Of a stretch of 64,000 bases of DNA, positions 19,560 to 28,602 are shown in pieces. This DNA is from an uncultured Candidatus Rokubacteria bacterium (GTDB lineage: Bacteria; Methylomirabilota; Methylomirabilia; Rokubacteriales; CSP1-6): positions 224,001 to 288,000 of the forward strand of contig CAVYTA010000004.1 of the NCBI GenBank assembly GCA_963771355.1. Direction: 5' to 3'. Under the pieces are notes generated by a model, which searched no databases, had not been told where the DNA came from, and was given only the letters and a program-made list of their open reading frames with translations. Numbering within the stretch: the first letter of the stretch is position 1; every line of letters starts with the position of its first letter. The translations under genes and the position numbers were made by a program.

Positions 19560-19630
19560 GTCCAACACAGCAGTGCAGCGGACGGCGCGCTCACGTTGCT
19601 CGCCCGCCGCCGCTGACCGCAGCGTTAGGC
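19560..19630 (+). other. attC site 4
   Basis: GTCCAAC..GTGCAGCGGACGGCG..CTCACGTTGCTCG..CGCCGCCGCTGAC..GTTAGGC. Confidence 0.88.
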
Positions 19631-19655
19631 CGACTCGCCCGATTTCGCAGACTTG

Positions 19656-19904
19656 ATGAGCACTCAAGAGGGGCTCCGTGTCATTGCCACGCTCATCGGC
19701 GGTGGCTTCCTCGCATACGCTGCTATAGCCGTCTTTAGAGGAACGCTGTATGACGTGGACGACGGGCATGTCGACCGGGCTACACGGCCAGTCACTTTCT
19801 GGCTGTTAGTGTTCGGCATGACCCTCCTCGGGTTAGTTATCCTGGGTGTCGGCTGGGAGTGGCCGATCGTGGGCACCATAGTCCGGACGATGGGCACCTC
19901 CTGA
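19656..19904 (+). CDS. Small two-TM membrane protein (cassette)
   Basis: Two hydrophobic helices; lies between attC4 and attC5. Confidence 0.65.
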   Translation: MSTQEGLRVIATLIGGGFLAYAAIAVFRGTLYDVDDGHVDRATRPVTFWLLVFGMTLLGLVILGVGWEWPIVGTIVRTMGTS

Positions 19905-19940
19905 CCAAGGTTGTCCATGCCACAACCTGAAGCGCATCGT

Positions 19941-20042
19941 GCCTAACAACGTGGGTGCAGAGGACACCGGGCGCGCCACGGTTTGGCGAATCTTCTGGGA
20001 TGCGGCGCCGCCCCCGGCGCCTCTGACCTACCTTCGTTAGAC
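19941..20042 (+). other. attC site 5
   Basis: GCCTAAC..GGTGCAGAGGACACCGGG...CCCGGCGCCTCTGACC..GTTAGAC. Confidence 0.85.
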
Positions 20043-20059
20043 GGATAGAGGAAGAGAGA

Positions 20060-20626
20060 GTGTGGCGACCGAGTAGACTGGGCAGCATCATCGCGGAACG
20101 TCGGCTGAGGCTAGTGCGGCGCCGGAAACGGGCCCGCACTGTCCGCGTCAGATTCGGTCGCCCGCTCAGGTCCCCACAAGCCGAACGTAAGGATCCGTGG
20201 TGGTGCCCCGTCGAAATCGCCGGCTTGGGCAGGCGTAGGCTGAGGTCGATTGCCGGTGAAGATTCCCTCCAAGCGCTTGTCCTGGCGTTCCAGTTCGTCA
20301 CTCTCACTCTCCCTGCGGAGGCAGAGCGTGCTGGTGGCCGTATCGAATGGCTGGGCGAACGTGAGAGTCTGGTGTTTGCACACACGCGCTTGCTCAACAT
20401 GGCGAGCGACGCCTTAGAGAATCTCGCGAGTGGGCTCACGGAGGCGGTCGGCATTCTGGAGAATGGCGGAGCCCGTCGTCCCGGCGCGAGGGCGGTTGTT
20501 CGCCGGTTGAGGGCGCTCATTGCGTCAGGTGGCTACACCTCCGATCATCGGCGTGTCTCGGCACCGTCCAACAGCGCGTTGGAGGCGGACGCGCCGCGAC
20601 GGCGCTCCACTCAACGCGGACGTTAA
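20060..20626 (+). CDS. DUF6968-like protein (cassette); ORF reads through attC6
   Basis: WWCPVEIAGLG...IAGEDSLQALVLA; stop TAA lies within the attC R' box. Confidence 0.65.
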   Translation: MWRPSRLGSIIAERRLRLVRRRKRARTVRVRFGRPLRSPQAERKDPWWCPVEIAGLGRRRLRSIAGEDSLQALVLAFQFVTLTLPAEAERAGGRIEWLGERESLVFAHTRLLNMASDALENLASGLTEAVGILENGGARRPGARAVVRRLRALIASGGYTSDHRRVSAPSNSALEADAPRRRSTQRGR

Positions 20627-20628
20627 GC
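20566..20628 (+). other. attC site 6
   Basis: GTCCAAC AGCGCGTTGGAGGCGGACGCGCCG cga CGGCGCTCCACTCAACGCGGAC GTTAAGC. Confidence 0.85.
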
Positions 20629-20646
20629 GTCAATCTGGATCGAGGT

Positions 20647-21315
20647 GTGAAGATGACACGAATACGAGTCGAGAGTTTTGCCATCTCACTTGACGGATAC
20701 GGAGCTGGTCCGAATCAAGACATCAATAATCCGCTTGGTGCGGGCGGGACTGAGTTGCACCAATGGGCATTTCCGACGCGCACATTCCAGCGGAAACTCT
20801 TTGGCGCCGACAGCGGCGCTACGGGGATCAATGACGACTTCGCCGCACGTGGCTTCAGGAACGTCGGTGCATGGATTCTCGGAAGGAACATGTTCGGACC
20901 GGTTCGCGGAGCCTGGCCGGACATGAACTGGAAAGGTTGGTGGGGGGACAATCCGCCATACCATGTTCCAGTCTTCGTCCTGACTCATCACGCCCGCCCG
21001 CCTATTCAGATGGAAGGCGATACCACGTTCCATTTCGTCACGGACGGCATTCACGAAGCGCTGGATCGGGCGCGGAAGGCAGCCAACGGGATGGATGTGC
21101 GCATTGGCGGTGGGCCCCACACCATACAGCAGTACCTTCGTGCTGGCCTCGTGGATGAGTTGCATATCGCTATCGCGCCCATCCTGCTAGGTGGAGGAGA
21201 GCGACTGTTCGAGGGAGTCGACTTGCGATCTCTTGGATACAGCTGCGTCGAGCACGTGCCCTCAGAGAAGGCAACCCATGTTGTGCTCCGGCGCCGGGGT
21301 CAGAGTGACGCCTAA
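20647..21315 (+). CDS. Dihydrofolate reductase / RibD C-terminal family protein (cassette)
   Basis: ISLDGYGAGP, ILGRNMF, PVFVLTHH, VRIGGG, GLVDELHIAIAPILLGGGERLF. Confidence 0.9.
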   Translation: MKMTRIRVESFAISLDGYGAGPNQDINNPLGAGGTELHQWAFPTRTFQRKLFGADSGATGINDDFAARGFRNVGAWILGRNMFGPVRGAWPDMNWKGWWGDNPPYHVPVFVLTHHARPPIQMEGDTTFHFVTDGIHEALDRARKAANGMDVRIGGGPHTIQQYLRAGLVDELHIAIAPILLGGGERLFEGVDLRSLGYSCVEHVPSEKATHVVLRRRGQSDA

Positions 21316-21371
21316 CAACCGGTTGCACGGAGGGCGCTCCGCGCCGCCGCTGAGTGGGGGGTCGGTGAGGC
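21310..21371 (+). other. attC site 7 (degenerate R' GTGAGGC)
   Basis: GCCTAAC AACCGGTTGCAC...CCGCTGAG...GTGAGGC. Confidence 0.65.
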
Positions 21372-21394
21372 GAGAAGGAACGGCGAGAGGAGTC

Positions 21395-22384
21395 GTGTCA
21401 GGGTCCTGGGTCGGGCCCTTCGTTCTCGCCCTTTTGATGCTGGCCGTCCCCCTCGCCGTAGGAGCGCAGCCGACGGGGAAGGTGGCCCGCATCGGCATCT
21501 TCGGGGACAAGGCGGCGGACGCCTCCGAGAAGCATCTCTGGCAGGTCTTCCGCGACGGCCTGCGCGAGCACGGATGGTCCGAGGGCGCCAACCTCGCCAT
21601 CGAATACCGGTGGGCCGAGGGTAATGCCGCGCGGCTTCCGGAGCTGGCGGCGCAGCTGGTCCGGCTCAAGCCGGATGTGATCGTGACGCGGGGCTCGCTG
21701 TTCACCGGCGCCCTGAAGGCCGCGACATCCTCCATTCCCATCGTGTTCGTCGGCCACGCGGATCCTGTGGAGACCGGCCACGTCGCGAGCCTCGCCAGGC
21801 CGGGCGGAAACATCACCGGGATGGCGGTGCTCCAGACCGAGCTCGGCCCCAAGGGCCTAGAGCTCCTGCACGCCGTCGTCCCCTCGGCCACGCGTGTCGC
21901 CGTGCTGTGGCACCAGGGCACTCCGTCAGCCGTGCCCGGGCTCAAGGCGCTGGAGGGTCCAGCGCGAACGCTCGGCCTCAAGCTGCAGCCCGTCGGGGCG
22001 CGGAGCGCCGGTGAGCTGGAAAGCGCCTTCGCGACCATGGCCAAAGCTGGCGCGGAAGCCGCGCTGGTCTTCAACACCGTCCCGTTCAACAACGCGAGGG
22101 GGCGCATCGTGGAGCTAGCCGGCGCGCATCGGCTGCCGACGATGTACCAGGGAAGGCTCTTCATAGAGGCCGGCGGTCTGATGAGCTACTACCCGAAACA
22201 CGAGGACTTCTGGCGGCGTTCCGCCGCGTACGCGGACAAGATCCTCAGGGGCGCGAAGCCGGCCGACCTCCCGGTCGAGCAGCCGACGAAGTTCGAGCTG
22301 ATCATCAATCTCAAGACCGCCAAAGCGCTTGGCCTCACGATCCCGCAACCGGTGTTGGCTCGCGCCGATGAGGTCATCGAATGA
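21395..22384 (+). CDS. Orphan ABC substrate-binding protein, paralog 2 (cassette)
   Basis: Same family motifs as 16880-17854 (ASLARPGGNITG, YADKILRGAKPADLPVEQPTKFELIINLKTAKALG, RADEVIE). Confidence 0.9.
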   Translation: MSGSWVGPFVLALLMLAVPLAVGAQPTGKVARIGIFGDKAADASEKHLWQVFRDGLREHGWSEGANLAIEYRWAEGNAARLPELAAQLVRLKPDVIVTRGSLFTGALKAATSSIPIVFVGHADPVETGHVASLARPGGNITGMAVLQTELGPKGLELLHAVVPSATRVAVLWHQGTPSAVPGLKALEGPARTLGLKLQPVGARSAGELESAFATMAKAGAEAALVFNTVPFNNARGRIVELAGAHRLPTMYQGRLFIEAGGLMSYYPKHEDFWRRSAAYADKILRGAKPADLPVEQPTKFELIINLKTAKALGLTIPQPVLARADEVIE

Positions 22385-22432
22385 GCGCGACCGATAAGCA
22401 TGCGATCCCAGCTTGCGTCGACATATTCGGGC

Positions 22433-22505
22433 GTCGAACTTCCCGCTGCAGCGGACCGGAGGCTCGCGTTGCTCGCCCTCCGGCCGCTGAGCGCGAGCGT
22501 TAGCC
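22433..22505 (+). other. attC site 8
   Basis: GTCGAAC..GCTGCAGCGGACCGGAGG CTCGCGTTGCTCG CCCTCCGGCCGCTGAGC..GTTAGCC. Confidence 0.88.
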
Positions 22506-22510
22506 AGCGC

Positions 22511-22837
22511 ATGGAATCATCGAACACGCTCTTCGCCGTCGTTCGCGTGCGTGGCGCGGCCTGGGAGCCGGCCCGTCAAATGCGCGAACAGCGCGCTTGG
22601 CAAGAACATGCTGCGTTCATGAATGCCCTCGCGGCCAACCGATTCATCGTCTTAGGTGGCCCGCTCGGCGACGGGCAACGCGTGCTCCTCATTGTCGAGT
22701 CAAACTCCGAGGCCACGGTTTGCAGTCGCCTTGCACTCGATCCTTGGTCAACAATGGACCTCTTGCGCATTGAGAGCGTCCATCCGTGGAGAGTTCTTCT
22801 TGACCGCAATTCCACGAATCAGCCGCATGGTGGCTAA
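22511..22837 (+). CDS. YciI-like protein (cassette)
   Basis: EHAAFMNAL, LGGPLGDG, LALDPW. Confidence 0.75.
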   Translation: MESSNTLFAVVRVRGAAWEPARQMREQRAWQEHAAFMNALAANRFIVLGGPLGDGQRVLLIVESNSEATVCSRLALDPWSTMDLLRIESVHPWRVLLDRNSTNQPHGG

Positions 22838-22910
22838 CCCTTCGTTACACCCGACCTCGCTACGGCTGGCTTCGCCAACCTCCGCGAGCGGGTGAACTCA
22901 AACGTTGGGT
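22832..22910 (+). other. attC site 9
   Basis: GGCTAAC CCTTC GTTACACCCGACCTCGC...GCGAGCGGGTGAAC TCAAAC GTTGGGT. Confidence 0.9.
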
Positions 22911-22963
22911 CTCAACCGTCAGGAGCGTCGCGCTGCGACCAATCTGCGACTGAAAGGCGCCGA

Positions 22964-23566
22964 TTGCCGAAAGCAAAAACTCTCCTGCTGATCGCACTCT
23001 GCCTCGCGCTCGCCGGCGCGGCACGCGCGGAGGACTGGTCGGCGTGGCAGCGCGCCCACGATCCGGCGACGCGCACGCGCTTCATTCCCGTGGAACTCTG
23101 GACCGGCGCGCCTTGGGACGGCACGCAGGAGATCCGCATGGCGCCCGCGGCGCTCGAGTTCGGGCGGCAGGGAGACAAGAGCATCAAGGGGCCGACGACC
23201 TGGAACGGTATCCAGGTCTACGAGCGCCTGAACCGCGACAAGCTCCAGCTCTTCGCCATCCGCGACGACCGGACGGGCCTCGGTCGCGTTTTCGACTCGC
23301 GCTATCCGCAGCTCGGCTGCCGCGGCGAGGTGAAATTTCCGCTCGGCCGCTGGAAGCAGGGCGAGGTGCGCGAGTACCAGCTCGACTGCGCGCGCGGTAA
23401 GCGCCCGCTCAGAGTGGCGATCGAGGAGATCGACTTCGTCTACGACGGCGTGCCACACTCGCTGCGCTTCCACTGGCTCTTCATGGAAGGGCGCGGCCGC
23501 GGCACCGATATGCGCTACGTGTATAGCCCGCTGCGCGGGCTGGTCGACGTGCAGGGGAACGAGTAG
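22964..23566 (+). CDS. Secreted hypothetical protein (cassette); start uncertain
   Basis: Signal peptide LLLIALCLALAGAARA; RFIPVELWTG, KFPLG.W. Confidence 0.7.
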   Translation: MPKAKTLLLIALCLALAGAARAEDWSAWQRAHDPATRTRFIPVELWTGAPWDGTQEIRMAPAALEFGRQGDKSIKGPTTWNGIQVYERLNRDKLQLFAIRDDRTGLGRVFDSRYPQLGCRGEVKFPLGRWKQGEVREYQLDCARGKRPLRVAIEEIDFVYDGVPHSLRFHWLFMEGRGRGTDMRYVYSPLRGLVDVQGNE

Positions 23567-23586
23567 GCATAGGGGTTCGAAAGTCA

Positions 23587-23675
23587 GCCTAACAACTGAT
23601 TGGAGCGGGCGGCGTTGATGGATGGATGGTCAAGTCGAGATGCTGACAGCGCCGCCGCTGAGTGCAACACTAGGA
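23587..23675 (+). other. attC site 10 (R' mutated to ACTAGGA)
   Basis: GCCTAAC..TTGGAGCGGGCGGCG...CGCCGCCGCTGAG.. Confidence 0.65.
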
Positions 23676-23687
23676 CTCGGAGGAGAA

Positions 23688-24137
23688 ATGGTGATGAGTG
23701 CACAAGGGGTCGTTGTACTGCCGGGACAGGGCTCGGTCTGGAACATATCGCAGGACCGATCGCTCGTGCTCAAGCTCTTGGGCGGAGCGACCGGAGGCAG
23801 CATCATGCTGTTCGAGGAGACCGTTCCCGCAGGGACGAAGAGCTGGTTCCACCTGCATCATGACAGCGACGAGGTAGCCTACGTCCTGAGCGGCGAGATC
23901 ACATTCAAGATTGGCGACGAGGTCACCGCCGGTGGTCCCGGCACCTGCGCCTTCATGCCGCGCGGCGTCCAGCACGCCTGGAAGAACAGCGGCGCGGAAG
24001 CCGGACGGGTGCTGTTCCTCTACACCCCGGCCGCGGCGGGTGGGCTGGTTGAGGAGCAACAGCGGACGCATGAGCGTGCGGGGACCGAGTTGCTCCAGCG
24101 TCACGGCTGGGAGATCGTCGGACCCAATCCGCTCTAA
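23688..24137 (+). CDS. Cupin domain protein
   Basis: HLHHDSDEVAYVLSGE, PRGVQHAW. Confidence 0.9.
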   Translation: MVMSAQGVVVLPGQGSVWNISQDRSLVLKLLGGATGGSIMLFEETVPAGTKSWFHLHHDSDEVAYVLSGEITFKIGDEVTAGGPGTCAFMPRGVQHAWKNSGAEAGRVLFLYTPAAAGGLVEEQQRTHERAGTELLQRHGWEIVGPNPL

Positions 24138-24172
24138 CTGTCTTCAAGAACTTAGCGGAGCGCTGGGATGCC

Positions 24173-24223
24173 GTCTAGCAAGCCGTTAGAGCGGGGCCGG
24201 CCGTCTGCGCCGATCCGTTAGAG
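24173..24223 (+). other. Degenerate attC remnant
   Basis: GTCTAGC AAGCC GTTAGAGCGG...GCGCCGATCC GTTAGAG; internal deletion. Confidence 0.55.
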
Positions 24224-24312
24224 CGCAAATCATTCTTCTCAACCCCATCAACACTAGGCTACCTATCAGAGTCATTGCTGCTGCACTATCCCTCTCCACG
24301 GTCGCGTGCGCC

Positions 24313-25368
24313 GTGCCACCTAAGAGAGTGAACCCTGTTGGCCTTTCCTTTGCTGCGTATGAAGACGCTGCGCGCCGCAGCTGGACCGGGCCTCAGGACC
24401 GCCCATTGGCCACGGCGATCTGGTATCCCGCAGCGCCGGGAAGTCGTGAATCTGAATGGCGAGTCGGCATCTTCAACGCCGGGTGGAACGCACAAAAGGC
24501 CCCGCTGTCCGCTGCCACCACCAAACGTCCGTTGGTCGTCCTATCGCACGGAACCGGCGGTGGAGCGGCAGGAATGGCCTGGCTTGCCGAGACCCTCGCG
24601 TCGAATGGGTATATCGTTGCTGCTGTAAATCACCACGGCAACACGGCGGCCGAACCTTCATACCAGCTTGAAGGGTTTATCCTGTGGTGGGAACGGGCGA
24701 GGGATATTTCGGTCCTCATCGACAAGGTGTCGGCCGACCCACAGTTTGGCGCTCACATAGACCCATCTCGAATCGGAGTCGCAGGGTTCTCTCTAGGTGG
24801 GTATACCGCGTTGGCAACGGTTGGCGCCAGGCTCGCGTATCAGCAGTGGAAGAGCTTTTGCGCCAGCCAGCCACTAGAGCCAAACTGCAACTTGCCCCCG
24901 GAAGCTTCCTTCTCTATGGCAAACGTCCAGCGACTTCTCGATCACGATGATCGTGTCAAGGAGGCGGTCAGCCACTCGCACGAGTCATTCCGTGATGCAC
25001 GAGTCAGGGCAGCATTCGCCATTGCCCCGGTGCTCGGGCCGGCCATGACAAGGGCCAGTCTGGCTGAGGTTAAGGCTCCGGTCCGCATCATCGTCGGCTC
25101 GAAGGATGACCAAGCGGCTCCAGACGTCAACGCGAGGCCGATAGCATCTGCCATTCCGTACGCTGAACTCGAGATTATCCCCAACGTCATGCACTATACG
25201 TTCCTCGCCAGATGCAATTTCTTGGGTAAAGTCATGGCGCGCTCGCTCTGCACTGACCCTGACGAGATCGACAGGGAGGAAGTGCACAGAAGGATCAGCG
25301 CCGACGCGCTCAGCTTCTTCAACCGCACACTACGAGGAGAACTAGACGGCAATGAAGCACGCAAATAA
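24313..25368 (+). CDS. Alpha/beta hydrolase (PAF-acetylhydrolase/dienelactone hydrolase-like); start may lie upstream
   Basis: VLSHGTGG, LASNGYIVAAVNHHG, GFSLGG nucleophile elbow, HYTF. Confidence 0.85.
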   Translation: MPPKRVNPVGLSFAAYEDAARRSWTGPQDRPLATAIWYPAAPGSRESEWRVGIFNAGWNAQKAPLSAATTKRPLVVLSHGTGGGAAGMAWLAETLASNGYIVAAVNHHGNTAAEPSYQLEGFILWWERARDISVLIDKVSADPQFGAHIDPSRIGVAGFSLGGYTALATVGARLAYQQWKSFCASQPLEPNCNLPPEASFSMANVQRLLDHDDRVKEAVSHSHESFRDARVRAAFAIAPVLGPAMTRASLAEVKAPVRIIVGSKDDQAAPDVNARPIASAIPYAELEIIPNVMHYTFLARCNFLGKVMARSLCTDPDEIDREEVHRRISADALSFFNRTLRGELDGNEARK

Positions 25369-25951
25369 GCTGGCAGCGGCTACTCTCGCCATCTTGTTGA
25401 TGGTCGCGCCGGGGCTCGCCAGCGACGATTCCAGCGAAGCGTGGGCGGCGCTGGCCAAGGGCGGCCACGTGGCGTTGATTCGGCACGGTAACGCGCCGCC
25501 CGGCTATGGCGGCGACCCGCCCGGCTTCAGGTTCGACGACTGCAAGACGCAACGGAACCTGGATGACGTGGGGCGCGAGCAAGCCAGGGCGCTTGGTGAG
25601 GCATTTCGGAAGCACGGCGTGCGCGTGGACCGGATCGTGTCTTCGCCCATCTGCCGCTGCGTGGAGACGGGGCAGTTGATGGCGGTCGGCTCGGTTGAGA
25701 CTTCGGGGGGCCTCCTGCCTGATATCGGGTCGGGTAGAGCCCGGGTCCTGGAGCTGGAGGAGATGGTGTCTTCGTGGCGGGGACCGGGCACGCTGGTGCT
25801 GGTGACTCACGCGCTGACCGTCGGGCGCCTGACCGGATTCACCCTGGAACAGGCCGAAACGCTCGTGCTTCAACCGACCCCTGAGAAGCTGCCGGCCGGC
25901 CATCTTCCACGGGGGGGACGCTTGGCGGGCAGGATCCCGCCACCCCAATAG
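25352..25951 (+). CDS. Secreted histidine phosphatase family protein
   Basis: LIRHG, QRNL..GREQA, SSPICRC.ET, LVTH. Confidence 0.85.
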   Translation: MKHANKLAAATLAILLMVAPGLASDDSSEAWAALAKGGHVALIRHGNAPPGYGGDPPGFRFDDCKTQRNLDDVGREQARALGEAFRKHGVRVDRIVSSPICRCVETGQLMAVGSVETSGGLLPDIGSGRARVLELEEMVSSWRGPGTLVLVTHALTVGRLTGFTLEQAETLVLQPTPEKLPAGHLPRGGRLAGRIPPPQ

Positions 25952-25957
25952 GGACGG

Positions 25958-26008
25958 AGACCCTCGCGCTCGAGCGGACGCGCTTCGCGCGCGACCGGGA
26001 CATTAGAG
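25958..26008 (+). other. Degenerate attC remnant
   Basis: GCTCGAGCGGACGCGC TTC GCGCGC-GACCGGGAC ATTAGAG. Confidence 0.5.
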
Positions 26009-26016
26009 GGAGCCGG

Positions 26017-26409
26017 ATGAAATACGGCATCGAGGTATTGGGTGAACAGCCGGGCGACGGACCGATCGTCGAACGCCGCGAGTCGTACCGCATCCGCGTG
26101 AAGATGTGGCTGAACCGAGGCGATCTGGTTCGATGGGAGCGTCCCTGGGATTTTCTTACTCAGGCATACCTCGAGGACGATGGCGCCACACTCGTTACCG
26201 ACGTGCGCATGGATCGAGCCTTCCTGATTCCTGGCCTCTTCTACGGGATGGAGGGGATGCGAATCGGGGGCACACGAAAGCTCCGCATTCCGCCCTCGTT
26301 CGCTTTCGGTGAGACCGGGATCCCCGATCGCATCCCGCCGAATGCCGTGATCACAGCGGAGGTATCCGTGCTGGCGAAGGGGACCGCATCAGGCTGCACA
26401 ATCACGTAA
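26017..26409 (+). CDS. FKBP-type peptidyl-prolyl isomerase-like protein
   Basis: LIPGLFYGMEGMRIGGTRKLRIPPSFAFG...IPPNA. Confidence 0.8.
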   Translation: MKYGIEVLGEQPGDGPIVERRESYRIRVKMWLNRGDLVRWERPWDFLTQAYLEDDGATLVTDVRMDRAFLIPGLFYGMEGMRIGGTRKLRIPPSFAFGETGIPDRIPPNAVITAEVSVLAKGTASGCTIT

Positions 26410-26507
26410 GGCACGCTGGCGCCACCATGGGCATGGGCTCGAGCAGCGTAGGGTAAACTCAGAGCGATAGCCCATTAAGGGGCCCCTTCAGGAGGAGGAC
26501 AAAGAGA

Positions 26508-26807
26508 ATGCTTCTGGACGTCAAGATTCCGCATGAGACCTTCAACGCTGCAGTCCGGGACGGGAGCGCCGGGGAGAAACTGAAGCGAATTCTGGAGGCT
26601 ACGAAGCCGGAGGCAGTCTACTTCACGGAGCGCGACGGGCACCGTGGCGGGATCCTGATCGTGAATCTGGACGACCCGTCGAAGATTCCGGCGTTGGTGG
26701 AGCCGTGGTTTCTCACCTTCAACGCAGATGTAGAGATCCGCGTGGCGATGACACCGGAGGATCTGGCCCGTGCCGGCCTCGATGCGCTTGGGAAGAAGTG
26801 GGTATAG
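26508..26807 (+). CDS. Conserved hypothetical protein
   Basis: KPEAVYFTERDG.RG...IPALVEPWFL; GGAGGAGG RBS. Confidence 0.75.
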   Translation: MLLDVKIPHETFNAAVRDGSAGEKLKRILEATKPEAVYFTERDGHRGGILIVNLDDPSKIPALVEPWFLTFNADVEIRVAMTPEDLARAGLDALGKKWV

Positions 26808-26832
26808 GCCCCGATAACTTCGCAGTTCAGCG

Positions 26833-27660
26833 ATGACGGGAAGCGTTCCTCCACGGATCTACTGCATTCCAGCGACGGTGGCGCCGATCGTGGCGGTGTT
26901 CCGGCGCGGGCCGACGAACTGGTCCCACGTGGGTCGCTGGGATCTCGGAGAGAGACGGTACGAGGCCGGCGCGTGGCTCGGTGGACGGATCTTTCCACGA
27001 CGGTCCGATCTCTCCCCCGACGGTCGTTTCCTCTGCTACTTTGCGCATAAGCCCAGCGCCACCTGGGAACACGGGGAGGCGTACGTGGCCTTGTCGAAGG
27101 TCCCCTGGCTCACCGCGCTCCACGCCTTCCGTACCTGTGGCACGTGGACGCGTGGCTACTACTTCACCGAGGCTGACGATGACGAGAACCCAGCGGAGAC
27201 GAACCTTCCGATCCCCTACGGGTTGCGCTCCATTCCGGTGATTCAATTTGCGAACGAACGACGTCGCGGCTGGGAGGAAGCGACGGACTCTCCCCCACGC
27301 GACCCCGGGGACGCATGGGATGAGCGCCGCAACGCCCGCATCCAGAAACGCCAGCCCGGCGGCGACCGGCTACTGTGTGTGGAAAGTCTCGGACGGGCGG
27401 GAGGCGAGTTCGGCGTCGATCAGGCGGTCGACGGCCTGCGTGTCAGCTACTGGCTGGAAGTAAGTGGAGAGATCCAACTCTTGAATCACCTCCAATGGGC
27501 GGACTGGGATCGAGAAGGACACCTGCTGGTCGCCACACGGAGCGGGCAGCTTCAGGTCTGGAAACTCGATGGCGATGGCTCCGAGGTACTGTTCGAAGAA
27601 GACCTGTCTGTCTCCGAGCCGAACCCGATTCCCGCGCCGGCATGGGCCACGCGATGGTAA
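26833..27660 (+). CDS. Hypothetical protein
   Basis: 275-aa ORF co-oriented with the array; VFRRGP, RRSDLSPDG, WADWD. Confidence 0.7.
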   Translation: MTGSVPPRIYCIPATVAPIVAVFRRGPTNWSHVGRWDLGERRYEAGAWLGGRIFPRRSDLSPDGRFLCYFAHKPSATWEHGEAYVALSKVPWLTALHAFRTCGTWTRGYYFTEADDDENPAETNLPIPYGLRSIPVIQFANERRRGWEEATDSPPRDPGDAWDERRNARIQKRQPGGDRLLCVESLGRAGGEFGVDQAVDGLRVSYWLEVSGEIQLLNHLQWADWDREGHLLVATRSGQLQVWKLDGDGSEVLFEEDLSVSEPNPIPAPAWATRW

Positions 27661-27706
27661 GGGGCTGGGACGACGCCCCGTGTTCAGCGGACACACGGCA
27701 ATCGTC

Positions 27707-28369
27707 ATGACCGACCCGGACCGCCTGGCACACACGGCGCGCGTTCTGAGCGCACACGGCCTAACCTTGCCCGAGCATTACGTGATGTGCTCGGCGGGCT
27801 ATCGCGTGACGCTGCCTTCCGAGGCGTTCGTCTCGCACGCGTTCGCAGTCACGGAAGGCGACCCTCGTGGCCACCCGGCGCGTCCAGAGCTGGCGGCGGC
27901 CCTCCGGCGGCTTCAGACACGTGGGCTGATGTCATGCCTGACCGCAGCGGCCCTTCGCGCGGACGCCCGACGGAGGGCCGCCTCCAGGGTTCCGGAGGTA
28001 ATCACCGAATACCGAGTCGGTCACGTCGATTTCACTCCCAAAGGATACGGGGTCCATCGGGAGGTGATTCGAGCCATCCACGGCGACGACTTTCTCGCAC
28101 GGAGCGACGCGGGCTTCAATCTCGATCTGGACGCGGGCCGCTTCGACGTGTATGCCGTGAGCGTGGACGAGTGTCGCCGGCTGATGGACGAGATCCAAGC
28201 CGGGGGCGACGATTACACGGGTGCAGAGTGCACCCGGTTCGTTGGTCGGGACGGGCCGGCCGCGATCGCGGCATGGCGGCCCAATCGCTTCTTTGTGCGC
28301 GAGGCCGGGTATCATGGCGCTCTGCGCTTTATCAGCGATGCCGCCGAGCTGGCCGTTCGGCATAGCTGA
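27707..28369 (+). CDS. Hypothetical protein
   Basis: Co-oriented ORF after an attC-like fragment TGTTCAGCGGAC. Confidence 0.55.
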   Translation: MTDPDRLAHTARVLSAHGLTLPEHYVMCSAGYRVTLPSEAFVSHAFAVTEGDPRGHPARPELAAALRRLQTRGLMSCLTAAALRADARRRAASRVPEVITEYRVGHVDFTPKGYGVHREVIRAIHGDDFLARSDAGFNLDLDAGRFDVYAVSVDECRRLMDEIQAGGDDYTGAECTRFVGRDGPAAIAAWRPNRFFVREAGYHGALRFISDAAELAVRHS

Positions 28370-28430
28370 GCGGAAACGCGGTGGTCGTGGCCCCCGATAC
28401 GGAGCGTCCGATATCAGAGAGGAGGCCCTG

Positions 28431-28580
28431 GTGACACCAGAAAATCACAAGGCGATCGCTCGGCGGTTCTTCGAGGACGTCTGGAACAAGCAAGCGTTAG
28501 AGGCGATCGACGACATCTTCGCTGCGTCTGTGGCGGATGAGCTCAGCATCCTACAGCAGCTCGGCCAGTTGAGCGCATGA
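28431..28580 (+). pseudogene. Internally deleted SnoaL-like ester cyclase
   Basis: MTPENHKAIARRFFEDVWNKQALEAIDDIFAASV|ADELSILQQLGQLSA aligns to both ends of the 19123-19527 protein. Confidence 0.8.
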
Positions 28581-28602
28581 CCCCCACGCCGAACCGGCGG
28601 AT

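Noticed and set aside
20647..21315. dfr trimethoprim-resistance cassette
   Set aside because: Motifs fit the RibD C-terminal/DHFR-like family rather than DfrA/DfrB.
17898..22910. CRISPR array or simple terminators
   Set aside because: The repeats are non-identical, separated by whole genes, lack U-tracts and have RYYYAAC/GTTRRRY boxes; no cas genes are present.
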